From a virus: a stretch of DNA of 64,000 bases. Below the pieces are notes generated by a model that worked only from the letters and a program-made list of their open reading frames with translations, was not told the DNA's origin and did no database searches. Shown one piece after another: positions 1 to 8,660 of the stretch; positions within the stretch are counted from its first letter, which is position 1, and each line of letters opens with the position of its first letter. Position numbers and translations under genes: made by a program. The DNA lies in IMG/VR virus record IMGVR_UViG_3300045988_116984. One strand, written 5' to 3'.

Positions 1-2
1 TT

Positions 3-431
3 GAAAGTGACAAGATGTTTGAAGAAATTGAGTTGTTTCCAGAAGTATATGAGACACTTAATTCTTTCAAGGACAAATTTGATAGAATGTCGGTTGTCAC
101 GATTGGAACAGATATCAACTTAGAAAAGAAAAGGAGATTTGTCAAAGATAGGTTTTCTTTTGATATAGAATTGATTGGGATTAAGAACGATGGACGAAGT
201 AATAAGGGTAGCGTTGACATGCGTAATGGTGTGTTTATTGACGACCACATTGATTGTTTACATAGTTCTAACGCTAAAGTAAAGATACTCATTAAGACAA
301 GCGAAAATTCGGAATGGAGTAAAATAGAACCAAATGATGATATTTATGTAGTTAGCAATTGGTATGAAATTTACTCTATCTTAGACTTTATAACGAAAAA
401 CAAGGAGATGTATTTATGGGATACATTGTGA
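3..431 (+). CDS. 5'(3')-deoxyribonucleotidase-like HAD phosphatase, C-terminal part; the N-terminus probably lies upstream of the window
   Basis: The frame is open from base 3 with no upstream stop. The VFIDDHIDCL region and the overall layout resemble NT5C-type nucleotidases. The N-terminal DxDxT motif is not inside the window. Confidence 0.4.
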   Translation, partial: ESDKMFEEIELFPEVYETLNSFKDKFDRMSVVTIGTDINLEKKRRFVKDRFSFDIELIGIKNDGRSNKGSVDMRNGVFIDDHIDCLHSSNAKVKILIKTSENSEWSKIEPNDDIYVVSNWYEIYSILDFITKNKEMYLWDTL

Positions 432-1021
432 TAGTTGGGAAAAGTGCTTCGGGCAAGAGCACAGTAGCGAATATTCTTTCGGAGGACTTTAAATACAAGA
501 AAGCGGTTACAGCCACTACGAGGCCAATTAGAGACGGTGAGGTAGATGGGGAAGATTATCACTTCATCACAGATGAACAGTTCACGGATATGTTGAAACG
601 TGGAGAATTTCTTGAATGGGCGGAATATCGCGGATGGAGATATGGCACCCCAAAGAGTGAACTCGATAAGGGCGATAATACAATTTTTGTTTTGAATCCT
701 CAAGGATTAAAGGCATTCAAGGAGTTGGGGATTAATTGTATAAGTTTCTATATTGAAGTTGAAAGTGGCCTGAGGGTTCTAAGACAGCTTGACAGGGGAG
801 ACGATAGAAAAGAGATTGAACGTAGATACTTTGCAGACGAGAAAGACTTTAGGGACATAAGGAAATATGTTGATTATGTAATCAATAATGATACGGATAT
901 TGATGAATGTGTGGATGAGATGTTGTTTGATATTATGTATTCGGAGGACCCGAAGTCACTGGAAGAATTTTTAATAAAACTGGAAACTGCTTTTGACAGA
1001 GCAAACGAAATAGAAGAATAA
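416..1021 (+). CDS. gmk: guanylate kinase-like nucleoside monophosphate kinase
   Basis: P-loop GKSASGKST is followed by the guanylate-kinase hallmark TTRPIRDGEVDGEDYHF and by EWAEY.G..YGT. It overlaps the upstream ORF by 16 nt. Confidence 0.8.
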   Translation: MGYIVIVGKSASGKSTVANILSEDFKYKKAVTATTRPIRDGEVDGEDYHFITDEQFTDMLKRGEFLEWAEYRGWRYGTPKSELDKGDNTIFVLNPQGLKAFKELGINCISFYIEVESGLRVLRQLDRGDDRKEIERRYFADEKDFRDIRKYVDYVINNDTDIDECVDEMLFDIMYSEDPKSLEEFLIKLETAFDRANEIEE

Positions 1022-1031
1022 CGGAGAGATA

Positions 1032-3806
1032 TTGTTGATAAATAGACAATTCTATATCTACAAGTTTGAGAGCAAATATCTTGAGAAGAACAAATACAAC
1101 ATAAAGTTAAGTTTCAAGCAAGCCAAAGAGAGCGACCAGATAATTGCCGTATCAGACAGCCAAATGCTTAGAAGCATAAGAGATATACAGCAGAGATACG
1201 TTGATAAATATAAGATTGAGCTTTTGTTTAAGAAACGAGATGATATTAAGAAACTACCATCGTCAAAGGTTAATTCTTCTCTGATAAGAGAGATTAATAA
1301 GCAGATAAACATGATGATGTTTGTCCCTGAATATGTTTCGGTTATTATTTCAAAGCCAGCGCATTATAAGAAGTTGTTCTATAATGGATTGTATATCAAT
1401 GGAAAGAAATATATAAGATTTTCTTGTTCGGCTTCTCAGGCTAGAGTAAATACAATTATCATGGTTCAAGAAGATATATCGGAAGAACTTTATAAAAGAT
1501 TGAACAATGGCAGACACAGCAAGAAGTTGAACCCAAGCAAATTTAATGCTTATCTAGGGCTGAGCAGTTCAGCAACAACACCTGTTAGTACACCAAGGGT
1601 TTGCGTAGTATCAGACTGTTTGATGAAGCGAAATACGCTTGTAAACTACGTTACTGAAGTATACGAACCATTGTGTGACGATATTATAGAGCGCAAGGAA
1701 GTAGAGATAGAATACAATTACTTTGATGGGATGGGATTGATTTCTCCGCAACAAAGTGAAAAGTGGGCACACGAGCTTGAACTGGATTGGATTCCGGCGG
1801 AATGGTGTATCCGAAACGCTTGGATAAAGGGAATGGTTTGTACGTTCCCTATCCAAGAGTTCTGTGAAAAGGTGAATGGTGGAAACTATATGGTCGAAAC
1901 CATTTATAAGAACGAAGATGGAACACCTAAAATGGCCGACTTGAGAAACATTGACGTAATCATCAGTGAATCTCAATTTAAGATGGCTGGATGTTATGAT
2001 AGTTATGAAGAATATGAGCGCAATTGCATAACCAATAAACTTTCGTGGGGAATATCAAAGTATTCTCCGAAACAGGATTCTAATAATCTGTACTTAAACT
2101 ATCAGTCATTACAGACGCTAAAGCTTGATGATGAAGATATTGTCGAGTTGTGTAAGCCTACTGTTGATTGGATTCGCGGCGTAACAAGAGATAATGTGAT
2201 GTATACTTCTCTTTTTCTTATGGGAAAATCGGTTGGTAAGAACGGAGTAGTAAACTTTGTAAATAGCAGTGATAACTACTGGTTAAAGTCGCTACTTGTA
2301 AACCATGACATTATCAAGGATAGATATGTTTCAGATAAGATATATGATAATATCGTAAATAAGATTAAGAGTGCTTGTATGGGTAAGCTCGTTGTTAATG
2401 GGAATTATCAATGTTTGGTATCAGACCCATATGCTATGATGGAACATATTTGCGGACTTGAACCAAATGGTTTGCTAAAGGAGAACGAGTATTATGCTAA
2501 ATACTGGAACGACAGAGGTGTATCTCTTGTTGACAGTATGCGTTCTCCTCTTACATACAGAAGCGAACATAATCTGTTAGATTTAAAAGATAATGAAGTG
2601 CTTAGTCACTGGTACAGATATTTAAACACTGGTATTGTGGTCAATGTTCATGGCGACGATGTTCTCAGATGGGCCGACTCAGATTATGACTTCGATATTC
2701 TTGCCACAACTTCAAATAAAACTATTATCAAGGGAGTATACAAAGATGAGCTTGCGGTAACATACCAAAAGAAAACTACTGATAAGATTGACTTTACACA
2801 AGAAGATTTATACAAAGCAGACCTACTTGCTTTTGGTTCCGATATTGGCGCAATTACAAATAAGAGCACGTCAATGTATGCTATGTTGCCATTATATGAA
2901 CCTGATAGCCCGCAATATAAAGAATTGGAACGTCGTCTTATAATGACACGAGTGGCACAAGGTAACAGCATCGACAAAGCAAAGGGCGTTCAAACAAAGC
3001 CTTTCCCAAAGCATTGGGGTAACTATCAAAGACAGTCAGAAGAAGATACAGATGAAGTAAAACAGAAGAAAGAGTTCTTCAATAGTATATTGGTTGAAAA
3101 GAAACCATACTTCTTTAAATATCTTTATAAGGATAGCAGAGTTGCTTATAATAAGTTTTTGCGAGAAGAAGAATCATATAGACAGATTTATGGAATTGAC
3201 CTTTCTTCTATTCAAAGCAAAGATGAAAGTGAACTTACGGAAAAAGAAAAATATTATCTTGCTTCAATGAATTATAGAAATCCTCTTATTGAGTCTGATT
3301 GTGAAATGAATCGTATTTGTAGATATCTTGAAAGTGTTGATTTTGACATTAAACATCCTAAGGTACATCACGAAGATATTTATAAGCTGTATATGTGTGA
3401 TGGAATTGAAAAGAACATAAATACATATAACTCCGTTAAACGTTCAGTAAAGAGTTTTTTCCAATCTTTAAGAGAAGATGTTTCAATGAGTGATTATTCA
3501 ACGTCTTTGAAATACGTTCCAGACGAAGAACATAAGATTATCAATAAATATGATTTATTCAAAGACACCATGACCGATTTGTGTTCTAATATAAATGAAC
3601 TTGTAAACTATTTAGTTGAAATCTTTTATGTTGATATGAAGTCATGCAATAAGGATATTTTGTGGAAAACGTTTGGAAAGACCATGTTCACGAATGTATA
3701 TAACAAATCTTCAAAGAAAGTCCTTATCCCGCAAATTGAAGATGATGGCGAATACACATATTTGTTTGATAGATACAACGTCTTGGAGGTAGACTTAGTT
3801 GGTTAA
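1032..3806 (+). CDS. YonO-like / cellular-RdRP-like single-subunit RNA polymerase (two-barrel type), putative
   Basis: 924-aa ORF. It has a metal-binding-type DxDxD motif, DYDFD (nt 2682-2696, context WADSDYDFDIL), and an upstream SMRSPLTYRSEH segment like the RxP..hpgD block of QDE-1/YonO-family enzymes. No other polymerase motifs were recognised. GGAGAG RBS upstream. Confidence 0.5.
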   Translation: MLINRQFYIYKFESKYLEKNKYNIKLSFKQAKESDQIIAVSDSQMLRSIRDIQQRYVDKYKIELLFKKRDDIKKLPSSKVNSSLIREINKQINMMMFVPEYVSVIISKPAHYKKLFYNGLYINGKKYIRFSCSASQARVNTIIMVQEDISEELYKRLNNGRHSKKLNPSKFNAYLGLSSSATTPVSTPRVCVVSDCLMKRNTLVNYVTEVYEPLCDDIIERKEVEIEYNYFDGMGLISPQQSEKWAHELELDWIPAEWCIRNAWIKGMVCTFPIQEFCEKVNGGNYMVETIYKNEDGTPKMADLRNIDVIISESQFKMAGCYDSYEEYERNCITNKLSWGISKYSPKQDSNNLYLNYQSLQTLKLDDEDIVELCKPTVDWIRGVTRDNVMYTSLFLMGKSVGKNGVVNFVNSSDNYWLKSLLVNHDIIKDRYVSDKIYDNIVNKIKSACMGKLVVNGNYQCLVSDPYAMMEHICGLEPNGLLKENEYYAKYWNDRGVSLVDSMRSPLTYRSEHNLLDLKDNEVLSHWYRYLNTGIVVNVHGDDVLRWADSDYDFDILATTSNKTIIKGVYKDELAVTYQKKTTDKIDFTQEDLYKADLLAFGSDIGAITNKSTSMYAMLPLYEPDSPQYKELERRLIMTRVAQGNSIDKAKGVQTKPFPKHWGNYQRQSEEDTDEVKQKKEFFNSILVEKKPYFFKYLYKDSRVAYNKFLREEESYRQIYGIDLSSIQSKDESELTEKEKYYLASMNYRNPLIESDCEMNRICRYLESVDFDIKHPKVHHEDIYKLYMCDGIEKNINTYNSVKRSVKSFFQSLREDVSMSDYSTSLKYVPDEEHKIINKYDLFKDTMTDLCSNINELVNYLVEIFYVDMKSCNKDILWKTFGKTMFTNVYNKSSKKVLIPQIEDDGEYTYLFDRYNVLEVDLVG

Positions 3807-4530
3807 TGAGTATAACGAAATATCCTATGCTAAGAAAATGTTAGATTCGGGCTTTCTAACAAACAAGAGAATGTACGAACTTAACATCTTAGCGAAATAT
3901 TTCTTTTATCTTGGTTATAAACCCAAAGAAGTCCAAGAGCGTGTAGTCGATTTTTGTAATAACTACTTTGATAGTTTTAGCGAAGCAAAGTATTTTGACA
4001 AGATTCAGTCTATTTTAAACAACGCTAGAAAAATGCCAATCATTGAGGTTGGCACCATTCAGATAACAGAAAAGGAAGTTGAATTTATAAACTCAATTAA
4101 AGAGCCATTCAAATTCAATGATGTTCTGTTTTGTCTGCTTGTTATAAAGAAGATTAGGGAGAAACTTGGGCAACAGCCATACCTGAACTGTAAATATACC
4201 AAATTCACCAAATCCTGTGGCCTATCCTCCCCAAAGGTTCTCTATCCCCTTCTCCGCCGCTTAGAACAACTCGGCTTTATTCGTGTTTGTCGAAACTCCA
4301 ATCTTGAAATCTTATTCAACGTAGATGCTTCCAACTCTCCAACCGTCATTGAAGTAAACGATTTTGACAACATCTATGCTTACTATCATAACTATCTTGG
4401 TAAGGGGCGATATGTAGAGTGTTCTTCATGCGGTAAAATGGTTCGTGTAAAGGGGAACAGACGTAAATACTGTAATGAATGTGCTAGAATAATTAACATA
4501 CAAAAAACGTTAGAACGTAAAAAGGTTTGA
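3799..4530 (+). CDS. winged-helix-like protein with C-terminal zinc ribbon (possible transcription/DNA-binding factor)
   Basis: TTG start with a GGAGG RBS 8 nt upstream; it overlaps the RNAP stop (TTGGTTAA). LRRLEQLGFIRV is a wHTH-like segment. The C-terminus has CSSCGK...CNEC. Confidence 0.4.
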   Translation: MVNEYNEISYAKKMLDSGFLTNKRMYELNILAKYFFYLGYKPKEVQERVVDFCNNYFDSFSEAKYFDKIQSILNNARKMPIIEVGTIQITEKEVEFINSIKEPFKFNDVLFCLLVIKKIREKLGQQPYLNCKYTKFTKSCGLSSPKVLYPLLRRLEQLGFIRVCRNSNLEILFNVDASNSPTVIEVNDFDNIYAYYHNYLGKGRYVECSSCGKMVRVKGNRRKYCNECARIINIQKTLERKKV

Positions 4531-4677
4531 AATAGAACTCAATTTTCACCCCCATTTTCAACATACTTTTCCTATGTCATTTTGGCCATCCCAAAATAAA
4601 AACTCGCTAAAAATATATAGGAAAGATAGAAGAAAAAATAAATCAGTAAAATTCTACAAGAAAGGTGTCATAAGCTT

Positions 4678-4851
4678 TTGATAAAGATAACCAAGCAAGA
4701 ATACGAGCAAGGAATTAGAGCGTCAGGGTTCAAGTGTCGTAACCCAATTTCACGTTCAGGTAAAGGGAACAAGTATTACTATATAGTAGAGACAGACTAC
4801 GAGAACTATTTGAGATTCATCAAAAATAAAAATAGATTGGGAGCAAAATAA
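4678..4851 (+). CDS. small hypothetical protein (57 aa, TTG start)
   Basis: Below the ORF-track cutoff. Hand translation gives (M)IKITKQEYEQGIRASGFKCRNPISRSGKGNKYYYIVETDYENYLRFIKNKNRLGAK. Its stop abuts the ATG of the next gene. The AAAGGTG RBS is rather far upstream. Confidence 0.3.
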   Translation: MIKITKQEYEQGIRASGFKCRNPISRSGKGNKYYYIVETDYENYLRFIKNKNRLGAK

Positions 4852-6042
4852 ATGTCCTACATCTTTGATACTAACATGTTCATGGAAGATTTTGACGTGA
4901 ACAAGTACAAAGGCGAGAAGATATATATACCGATTGTTGTACTTGAGGAACTCGACAAACACAGTCATAGTTCAGACAAGTTAAGGGCCTGTAAGGCGAG
5001 AAACGGGCTAAAGGCAATTGAAAAGCTCGGACAAGTCACTTATGGATTTAACGACATAGAGGAGAATAGAGTTTCTTCTTTCTTGGATATGAACGTTAAG
5101 GACAACTTGATTATCGAAGCGGCTCATCTTATTTGCAAGAAAGACCCAGACGCCACCCTATTAACACACGATTTGAACATGTATCAAAAGTGTGTAGCTT
5201 TGGGAGTCAAGTGTAAACACATTGATTATTCAAAGACTCCAATTTACAAAGGATATATCGAGGTTGTCGGTACTACCGAGACAATCAACAGATTCTTTGA
5301 TGAAATAAACACAGACAATCTTTACCCAAACGAATACATTCTTATCAAAGACATCTCTACTGATGAAGAAACAGAAATGCGTTGGACAGGCGAAAAATTC
5401 GTAGCATTAAACCTACCTGACTCAAAAGTTGTTAAGGCTAAGAACGCATTACAGCGTTGCGCGTTGGACTTGATGATGAATAGAGACATAACTGCTGTTG
5501 CTATTCTCGGCGGATATGGTAGTGGCAAAACATATTTGTGTATGCAAATGGCGCACTATTTTGTGTTCGATAGAAAAGAACATAATAAGATTCTTGGAAT
5601 TAGAGAGCCTAACGGTGAGGGAAAAGATATTGGTTATCTTAAAGGAACGTTTGAGGATAAAACGGCCAGATTCTTTAGGCCAATTGAGCAACAACTCAAA
5701 GGGCCGGGAGAATATGACTACTTAATCCAGTCAGGCGTAATTGAAACAGAAATTCCTTTCTACATGAAAGGTACAACCTATGATAAAACTATCTTCGTGG
5801 TTGACGAAGCAGAGGACTTGTCAGAAGCACAAATCAGACTTGTCGGAACTCGTGTCGGAGAGAATAGTAGAATTTTCTTTTCGGGGGACTTTGCACAATC
5901 AGTGAAAGATAAAACAGTTTCTAACCCACTTGTCAAGATGTGTGAACAGCTTAAGGGCAACAAGAAATTTGGTTGCGTATATTTAGACGAAGATGTTAGA
6001 AGCGAAACCAGCAAAATGTTTGCTGACTTATTCAATAATTAA
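4852..6042 (+). CDS. PIN-domain + PhoH-like ATPase (YlaK-type)
   Basis: N-terminal PIN signature (YIFDTNMF, VVLEELD, THD). Walker A GGYGSGKTY and Walker B VVDEAEDL match the PhoH family. Confidence 0.8.
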   Translation: MSYIFDTNMFMEDFDVNKYKGEKIYIPIVVLEELDKHSHSSDKLRACKARNGLKAIEKLGQVTYGFNDIEENRVSSFLDMNVKDNLIIEAAHLICKKDPDATLLTHDLNMYQKCVALGVKCKHIDYSKTPIYKGYIEVVGTTETINRFFDEINTDNLYPNEYILIKDISTDEETEMRWTGEKFVALNLPDSKVVKAKNALQRCALDLMMNRDITAVAILGGYGSGKTYLCMQMAHYFVFDRKEHNKILGIREPNGEGKDIGYLKGTFEDKTARFFRPIEQQLKGPGEYDYLIQSGVIETEIPFYMKGTTYDKTIFVVDEAEDLSEAQIRLVGTRVGENSRIFFSGDFAQSVKDKTVSNPLVKMCEQLKGNKKFGCVYLDEDVRSETSKMFADLFNN

Positions 6043-6056
6043 CGAGGTATATAAAT

Positions 6057-6683
6057 ATGGATTTTGAATTATCCCCTATCTTTATTCCAGAGGATTTGTC
6101 CAATTTGAAGCTTCCAACACCAGAACTTGTTACATTCTATCAAAGCCTTGATAACAGGGTTTTGTGGTTGGATGATGAAATTGGTGACCAGCTACTTGAA
6201 TTTTCTAAATATATCATTAGATGGAATATGGAAGATGATAGAGCGGAGATTCCTATCGAAAACCGAAAGCCAATTAAGATTTTGATTTTCAGTCCCGGCG
6301 GAAGCTTATATGCCTGTAATCACTTTGTAGATATTATTGAAATGTCGAGGACTCCTGTATGGGGCATCAACGTTGGAATGGCAATGAGCGCTGCGTTTTT
6401 CATTCAGTTGTCTTGTCATAAGAGGATGTGTACGAAGAACTCTGTGGCGTTGATACATCAAGGGAGCACAGGAATTAGTGGAAATGCTGCTGATGTTATT
6501 AGTTCAGCAAAGAGCTATGAGCAGCAGTTGAACAGACTGAAAGACAGGGTTTTGGAGAAAACAAATATCACAAATCGTCTTTACAATCAGAAATTGAAAG
6601 AAGATTGGTATTTGGATTCTTCTGAGCAATTGAAATATGGTATCGTTGAAGCGATTGTAGAAGATATTTCTGAATTGTTTTAA
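6057..6683 (+). CDS. clpP: ClpP-family serine protease
   Basis: FSPGGS, GMAMSAAFF (catalytic Ser context) and LIHQGS (His), with a C-terminal ...YGIVEAIV like the ClpP ..yGlvD.I block. Confidence 0.75.
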   Translation: MDFELSPIFIPEDLSNLKLPTPELVTFYQSLDNRVLWLDDEIGDQLLEFSKYIIRWNMEDDRAEIPIENRKPIKILIFSPGGSLYACNHFVDIIEMSRTPVWGINVGMAMSAAFFIQLSCHKRMCTKNSVALIHQGSTGISGNAADVISSAKSYEQQLNRLKDRVLEKTNITNRLYNQKLKEDWYLDSSEQLKYGIVEAIVEDISELF

Positions 6684-6707
6684 CACATAATAGGAGAAAA
6701 CGGAAAA

Positions 6708-7016
6708 ATGGAAAAGACAATACCAAAGAGCGAGCTTATCAAAGAAGTCGCTCGAAGAACAAAATATCTTAAAACGCCAGTTGGCGAGATTATAAACACT
6801 CTTGAAGAAGTTATGAACGAGACGATAATCAATAATGACGGAACGATTCGATTTAGTTGTTTTGAAATTGGCAACAAGATGATTCCGGCTATGAAAGGCA
6901 TTAACCCAAAGAGCGGCGAGCCTTACGACACAAAGGAACATCTTGTTCCATATGCTAAGATTAGACTTACATTTAAAAGACTTCATAGGGAGCTAACATA
7001 CGACAATGAAAAGTAA
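6708..7016 (+). CDS. HU/IHF-family DNA-binding protein
   Basis: KSELIKEVA..., GINPKSGEPYDTKEHLVPYAKIR matches the HU arm (G.NP.tGe.i.i....vp.fk). About 100 aa. Confidence 0.75.
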   Translation: MEKTIPKSELIKEVARRTKYLKTPVGEIINTLEEVMNETIINNDGTIRFSCFEIGNKMIPAMKGINPKSGEPYDTKEHLVPYAKIRLTFKRLHRELTYDNEK

Positions 7017-7197
7017 ACAAGGTATTTTTGATACAACAAGCCGAAAGATTGTAGGAGTTTTGAATCTTGACGATGGCGACGTTGTTGTGGAAGTAAATGG
7101 AACATCAGTAACTTTGGATGAAGTATTACAAGATTATAATGGTTGTAATATCACTATCACAGTAGGTGATAATTCTTCCGGGCTTACGCAGGAATAA
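7006..7197 (+). CDS. hypothetical protein
   Basis: 63-aa ORF that fills the gap and overlaps the HU stop. No recognisable motif. Confidence 0.35.
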   Translation: MKSKQGIFDTTSRKIVGVLNLDDGDVVVEVNGTSVTLDEVLQDYNGCNITITVGDNSSGLTQE

Positions 7198-7209
7198 AGG
7201 AGAACTGTT

Positions 7210-8508
7210 ATGAACGAGATTAAAGTCCGTGTAGTACAGCTCTGTATTGACAAAAAGCGCAGAAACGAAAGGGCCTTTTATGGCTCTGTTGCCGACACGA
7301 TTCGAGAAGAGTTTGGTGTGGACTTGCCAATAGAGCGAATTAGAAGTATTTCTAGGCAATATAGACGCGAGAATCATATGGATGATAACTTCTATCCTAT
7401 TGATGCTACTGAAGCGTCTAAACCAGTAACGGTTTCATTACAGGCTGATGGTTCAACGGTTAGTGAAAAATCTTTTTCGGTTGCGCATAATACAGAACTG
7501 ACGCCAGAACTTCTCCTAGAGAAGCATGGATTCGACAAAAACACATTTGAGCTTGTATCCGCTAAGAATAGTAGATGGAATGTACAGCAAAAAGGCTCTG
7601 GCCTTATGGATATGTATAGCTCAAAGATTACTGTTCGCCCGGCAAAGGAATTTGTTTGGAGTCAGTCGAATATTGATAGAGCTTTCAAAAATATCAAAAT
7701 TCAAGCTTCTCCGTCTAGAAAGAAAAAGGCTTCGGTACATAATGGAAGATGCCTTGTAGTCCCAATTAGTGATTTACACCTTGGACTTCTTTCGGAGAAG
7801 AAAGTTTCTGGAAACGACTATAATCTTGAAATGGCAGAGGCATTATATTACTATGCGATAGATGATGTAATGTCAGAAGTCGGTGATACAGAGTTTGAGA
7901 AAGTTATGTTCATTATAGGCAATGACTTTATCAATGCTGATAATATCAATAATACAACTACAAAAGGAACGCCACAAGATTGTTCCAACCAGTGGCATAC
8001 GATTATTGATAAGGCGATTGAACTTTGTATCAATGGTATCAACAAACTTGCCACAATAGCTCCTGTTGATGTTGTATATGCAGTAAGCAATCACGATTAT
8101 CATAGCATGTATGGTATTATGAATGTTCTTAAAGCGTATTACAGAAATGATGAGCGAATCAATATATATGGCGACCCGGCTGAAAGAAAATACTTTAAGT
8201 TCGGAAGTGTAATCATGGGTGTTTCGCATGATTTGAAGCCAGATAAGGCTTTGGAGATTATGTCGGTTGAAGCACATGATATGTGGAGTTCTTGCAAATC
8301 AATGATTTGGTTTTTGGGACATCTACATACACAGATGGCTTATAGTAAAAAGGGTTATGTTGAAGTTCTCCGCCTCCCGACAATTAGCGGGTGGTCACGT
8401 TGGTCTAACCAGCAGGGATATGTACAAACGGAGCGCAAGAATCAAGCGTTTATTATAGATGCCGATACTGGTATTAAGACGACAATTAATACAGTTATTA
8501 AATTATAA
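7210..8508 (+). CDS. calcineurin-like metallophosphoesterase with N-terminal extension
   Basis: The ordered motifs ISDLHLG, GNDFINAD, SNHDYH and GHLHT match the D-x-H / GD / GNH(D/E) / GH-x-H phosphoesterase pattern. Confidence 0.6.
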   Translation: MNEIKVRVVQLCIDKKRRNERAFYGSVADTIREEFGVDLPIERIRSISRQYRRENHMDDNFYPIDATEASKPVTVSLQADGSTVSEKSFSVAHNTELTPELLLEKHGFDKNTFELVSAKNSRWNVQQKGSGLMDMYSSKITVRPAKEFVWSQSNIDRAFKNIKIQASPSRKKKASVHNGRCLVVPISDLHLGLLSEKKVSGNDYNLEMAEALYYYAIDDVMSEVGDTEFEKVMFIIGNDFINADNINNTTTKGTPQDCSNQWHTIIDKAIELCINGINKLATIAPVDVVYAVSNHDYHSMYGIMNVLKAYYRNDERINIYGDPAERKYFKFGSVIMGVSHDLKPDKALEIMSVEAHDMWSSCKSMIWFLGHLHTQMAYSKKGYVEVLRLPTISGWSRWSNQQGYVQTERKNQAFIIDADTGIKTTINTVIKL

Positions 8509-8514
8509 AGAAAA

Positions 8515-8550
8515 CCCTCGTATCTTTTTATGGATACGGGGGATTTTGTT
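8515..8550 (+). terminator. rho-independent terminator
   Basis: CCCTCGTATC / GATACGGGGG stem (10 bp, one G-U) with an 8-nt loop, followed by ATTTTGTT. Confidence 0.7.
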
Positions 8551-8551
8551 T

Positions 8552-8627
8552 GCTGGTGTAACTCAATTGGTAGAGTAGCTCATTTGTAATGAGCAGGTTT
8601 GGAGTTCGAGTCTCCACATCAGCTCCA
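8552..8627 (+). tRNA. tRNA-Thr (anticodon UGU), CCA encoded
   Basis: Hand-folded cloverleaf. Acceptor GCTGGTG/CATCAGC, D stem ACTC/GAGT, anticodon stem GCTCA/TGAGC with loop TTTGTAA, T stem TGGAG/CTCCA with loop TTCGAGT, and a 5-nt variable loop. Confidence 0.85.
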
Positions 8628-8660
8628 ATAGAAAAAACGGAAAAAGCGGAGGGTATGTAA

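Noticed and set aside
6504-6986. 160-aa and 73-aa minus-strand ORFs across the clpP/HU junction.
   Set aside because: They are antisense to two motif-supported genes in AT-rich sequence, and they have no RBS.
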